Shown here: piece by piece, positions 47,695 to 50,259 of the stretch
How the letters are laid out: each line of letters begins with the position of its first letter
How positions within the stretch are numbered: the first letter of the stretch is position 1
Origin: Candidatus Bruticola sp.
GTDB taxonomy: Bacteria; Vulcanimicrobiota; Xenobia; Xenobiales; Xenobiaceae
Direction: 5' to 3'
DNA: 50,259 nt
Assembly: GCA_051874735.1 (NCBI GenBank)
Contig: JBJEGD010000014.1
Span: 1 to 50,259 of the forward strand
Notes under the pieces: generated by a model
What the model saw: only the letters and a program-made list of their open reading frames with translations
Database searches by the model: none
What the model was told of the DNA's origin: nothing
Made by a program: the position numbers and the translations under genes

Positions 47695-48576
47695 TTAACT
47701 TTGAAGCGCAAATTTAATCATATTATCTTTGGCAATAACTTTAAGCTGATGAGCGTCAACTAAATAACTGATATGGGAGCGCAACGTAGGTGCAGCATTG
47801 CCGTAGATCATCTGGCTGGCGTGCATTTGGAAATGATCGAATACATCTTTAGCGATTAGTTCAAAATTTTTCTCCCCATTGGCACAACTGGCTTTAATTG
47901 CCTCAAAAATGTTTTCCATAACTTGACGGTTATAGTCAAGCAAATAATTTAAATCTGTCGTCGGTTTAGCGTGAGCGCAAATAAAAAGTTCACCACGAAG
48001 CTTTCTAGCCTCGTTAAGTGATTCTAAATATTGGCCAGTATTGTAAGTAAAAGCTATAGGATATCTGTTTAGCACTTCAGGGGCGCAAGCTATATCACCA
48101 GTGAACCAAACATTATCTGGAGTTCGAATAGCTGTCATATGCATAGCATGACCTTCGAGCATCGATAGCTCAAATCTGGCGGGAAGATCTGCCTCTTTAA
48201 AATCGCTGCAGCGGCTCGGTTTAGCCATAAAAAATTGGTGACGCAGAATTTTATACGGGTAACCTCCGTATAAGTAACAGGCAGCTAACAGAGGCTCGTT
48301 TATAAAAGCGGTCTCTAGACCATTAGCATATATGGGACATTGATACTCATCTTGTAAGGCTCGGTTACTGCCGATATGATCGGAATGAGAATGAGTATTC
48401 AATATACAGCGCAATTTCAAATTGCGCTCTTTAAGTATAGCTATAATATCTTTTGCCGATTCGGCATTACTGGTATCAATAAGAATGGCCTGCCCCGGCT
48501 CTGGTATGTAAAGCCCTACTTTAGACATTAAATCTATATAATAAGTATTATCTGCAACTTGAACAAGTTCTGCCAT
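47695..48576 (-). CDS. Metallo-beta-lactamase-fold hydrolase
   Basis: LIDT, THSHSDHIG, GH, TGD, AH motifs. Confidence 0.88.
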   Translation of the reverse strand: MAELVQVADNTYYIDLMSKVGLYIPEPGQAILIDTSNAESAKDIIAILKERNLKLRCILNTHSHSDHIGSNRALQDEYQCPIYANGLETAFINEPLLAACYLYGGYPYKILRHQFFMAKPSRCSDFKEADLPARFELSMLEGHAMHMTAIRTPDNVWFTGDIACAPEVLNRYPIAFTYNTGQYLESLNEARKLRGELFICAHAKPTTDLNYLLDYNRQVMENIFEAIKASCANGEKNFELIAKDVFDHFQMHASQMIYGNAAPTLRSHISYLVDAHQLKVIAKDNMIKFALQS

Positions 48577-48809
48577 ATAATTTTCTCTCCATAAAAAATA
48601 TATTAAAATGTAAAACTTTAGGCTCTATCAGCACAGCATGCCTTTTTTAGTTTAAAAATTTTATTCCCTGCTTTAGCGGAAATTATATCTCCTATTCTTT
48701 GGGAGCCTATATAGAAACATACAAAGGTAATTGTATGCAATATAATAAAAGTTACAGTTATGATTAATTAAAAGTTGCGAGAAAATATAATATAAAGGGG
48801 ATTGGTAAG

Positions 48810-49586
48810 ATGATTTTTTACTTTTCAGCCACTGGTAACAGCCAATATACGGCCGAGCGTGCAGCTAAAGCCCATGCCGATAAAGTTATTTCTATCACAG
48901 ATTGTTTAAAACTCGACGCTATGCACTATGAATTGGCAGAAGGAGAACCTTTAGGTATTGTCTGTCCAACTTACTGCTGGGGTTTACCTACCATTGTTGC
49001 AGAGTTTCTAAAAAAAGTTGAAATAAAAGCTCCTTCTAAACCTTACGTTTACCTTATTGCCACTTACGGTATGACTCCAGGCGGAATAGGTGAATTTGCT
49101 AACGAAATTTTATCAGCTAAAGGGCTGGCTATAGATGCTTACTTTGGCACTTCCATGCCCGATACTTGGACCCCCTACTTTAATTTAAGCGATCCCCAAT
49201 ATGTCCAGGAAGTAAGCGATCAAGCTGAACCTCAGATCGACTTTATAGTAGATAAAATTGCCCACAAAATAAGTGGCGATTTTATGAAAAGAAAAATCCC
49301 TGCCTTCTTGGCTAAATTAGTATACAAAATTTTCTACTCTTATATTCGCCAAACTAAAAATTTCCATGTAGAAAAAAATTGTATCGGCTGCGGATTCTGT
49401 GTAAAAAAATGTCCCATTCAAGCTATAGAGCTGCAGAATAAAAAGCCTGTCTGGGTCAAAAAAGAGTGCGTTATGTGTTTAGGTTGTTTACACCGCTGCC
49501 CTAAATTTGCCATTCAGTACGGAAATTCTACGAAAAAACACGGCCAGTACTACAATAAACATGTAAAAATAGTTAGGGATCGCTAA
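48810..49586 (+). CDS. EFR1-family ferredoxin (flavodoxin-like domain + 2x[4Fe-4S])
   Basis: YFSATGNS, P.Y.WG.P, CIGCGFCVKKCP and CVMCLGCLHRCP. Confidence 0.88.
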   Translation: MIFYFSATGNSQYTAERAAKAHADKVISITDCLKLDAMHYELAEGEPLGIVCPTYCWGLPTIVAEFLKKVEIKAPSKPYVYLIATYGMTPGGIGEFANEILSAKGLAIDAYFGTSMPDTWTPYFNLSDPQYVQEVSDQAEPQIDFIVDKIAHKISGDFMKRKIPAFLAKLVYKIFYSYIRQTKNFHVEKNCIGCGFCVKKCPIQAIELQNKKPVWVKKECVMCLGCLHRCPKFAIQYGNSTKKHGQYYNKHVKIVRDR

Positions 49587-49596
49587 TTTTAATCAA

Positions 49597-49633
49597 ATAA
49601 GGCCTTTTTATTATGTAAATAAAAGGGCCTTAT
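49597..49633. terminator. Bidirectional terminator between the ferredoxin gene and hsdS
   Basis: ATAAGGCC-TTTTTATT / AATAAAAG-GGCCTTAT stem. Confidence 0.65.
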
Positions 49634-49641
49634 GGGAACTA

Positions 49642-50259
49642 TTAAACAAACATTTTTTCCAGCAGAGCTTTTTTGAGGCTTTGCAGTTTCTCGATTTCTC
49701 TGTTACACTCATAAATAAGCTTATCCATGTTTTTAAAATATTCAGCGATTCTTGCTTGTTCTGTAACATCAGGCATTCGCAAAGAGCACATACAAAGCTT
49801 ATCGTAGTAAAAGTACAATCGAACGCCGCCCTCTTGAAGTTGCGCAATCATTTTACTAAAAGCTTTTGTTTTAAACCAATACCATAAGAATTCATCATTA
49901 CACTCGTCTGTTGTCTTGAATACTTCATATAACGAACTGACAATAACATTGTGATTCAAATACTGATATCCGATTGAACCAACGTTAATTCGTGCAGGAT
50001 TATATGCAAACGAATTTGGCTCAACGATGATGTACATGCGCTTATCTGCATCCTTCATTGTGCCACCATTTTCAAACTGCTCATTTTGTGGAACAAAGCC
50101 AGATTCGTTTGTTACTGAGTAGCTTTCGTATTGAATGTTGTCTCTATTTTTTGTTCCTGCTGGGTATGTGATATTTTTAAAACAGTACTCTTTCCATGCG
50201 CTATTAAATCCTTTAAAGCGCACTTCCGGTACATTTGCACCATCTTTCGGGAACATCTT
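49642..50259 (-). CDS. hsdS: Type I restriction-modification specificity subunit HsdS, C-terminal half (5' part outside window)
   Basis: KMFP.....PEVRFKGF...W central conserved repeat, one TRD, P...EQ.RIA.YF...D.LI..., KKALLEKMFV end. The frame is open to the window edge. Confidence 0.9.
   Translation of the reverse strand, partial: KMFPKDGANVPEVRFKGFNSAWKEYCFKNITYPAGTKNRDNIQYESYSVTNESGFVPQNEQFENGGTMKDADKRMYIIVEPNSFAYNPARINVGSIGYQYLNHNVIVSSLYEVFKTTDECNDEFLWYWFKTKAFSKMIAQLQEGGVRLYFYYDKLCMCSLRMPDVTEQARIAEYFKNMDKLIYECNREIEKLQSLKKALLEKMFV

Noticed and set aside
413-49887. Numerous 60-125 aa ORFs overlapping the main genes on the opposite strand or in other frames
   Set aside because: Shadow ORFs lying wholly or mostly within well-supported genes, with no motifs or RBS.
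1-50259. CRISPR array, tRNA/rRNA genes, transposase or integrase
   Set aside because: No regularly spaced direct repeats, cloverleaf-like sequences or recombinase motifs seen in any intergenic region or ORF by manual reading. A tRNAscan/CRISPR scan would confirm.

Overview
AT-rich bacterial chromosomal segment with about 38 credible protein genes. I found no rRNA, tRNA, CRISPR array or transposase. The left two thirds carry housekeeping and cell-envelope genes: manC plus a 3'-truncated manB, tyrS, a tandem HARE-HTH Mrr-type nuclease, class II RNR nrdJ, an RsbV-like STAS protein, sppA with an ABC exporter, several GT-C and GT2 glycosyltransferases, a flippase and comEA. They also hold a queuosine-salvage pair (QNG1/DUF2419 hydrolase plus a TGT with a GGSLG pocket motif) followed by two GT2 genes, and a STAND-type NTPase, circularly permuted ATP-grasp ligase and GHMP kinase in tandem. 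The right third looks like an accessory block typical of gut anaerobes: nitroreductase, a 0.9 kb very AT-rich spacer with orphan hairpins, a 5'-nucleotidase, nrdDG behind a cobalamin riboswitch, an orphan Dam-type methylase, a permease-less ABC importer, a CFI-box-CTERM protein, redox proteins and a partial type I hsdS. The best leads are (1) direct queuine salvage, possibly coupled to glycosylation, (2) the STAND/ATP-grasp/kinase module, (3) B12-switched nrdJ versus nrdDG, (4) the interrupted manB with an inverted repeat at the junction, and (5) the structured non-coding spacer. Taxonomy cannot be fixed from this window; gene content suggests a Terrabacteria-type anaerobe (inference). All calls come from reading motifs by eye, without database searches.
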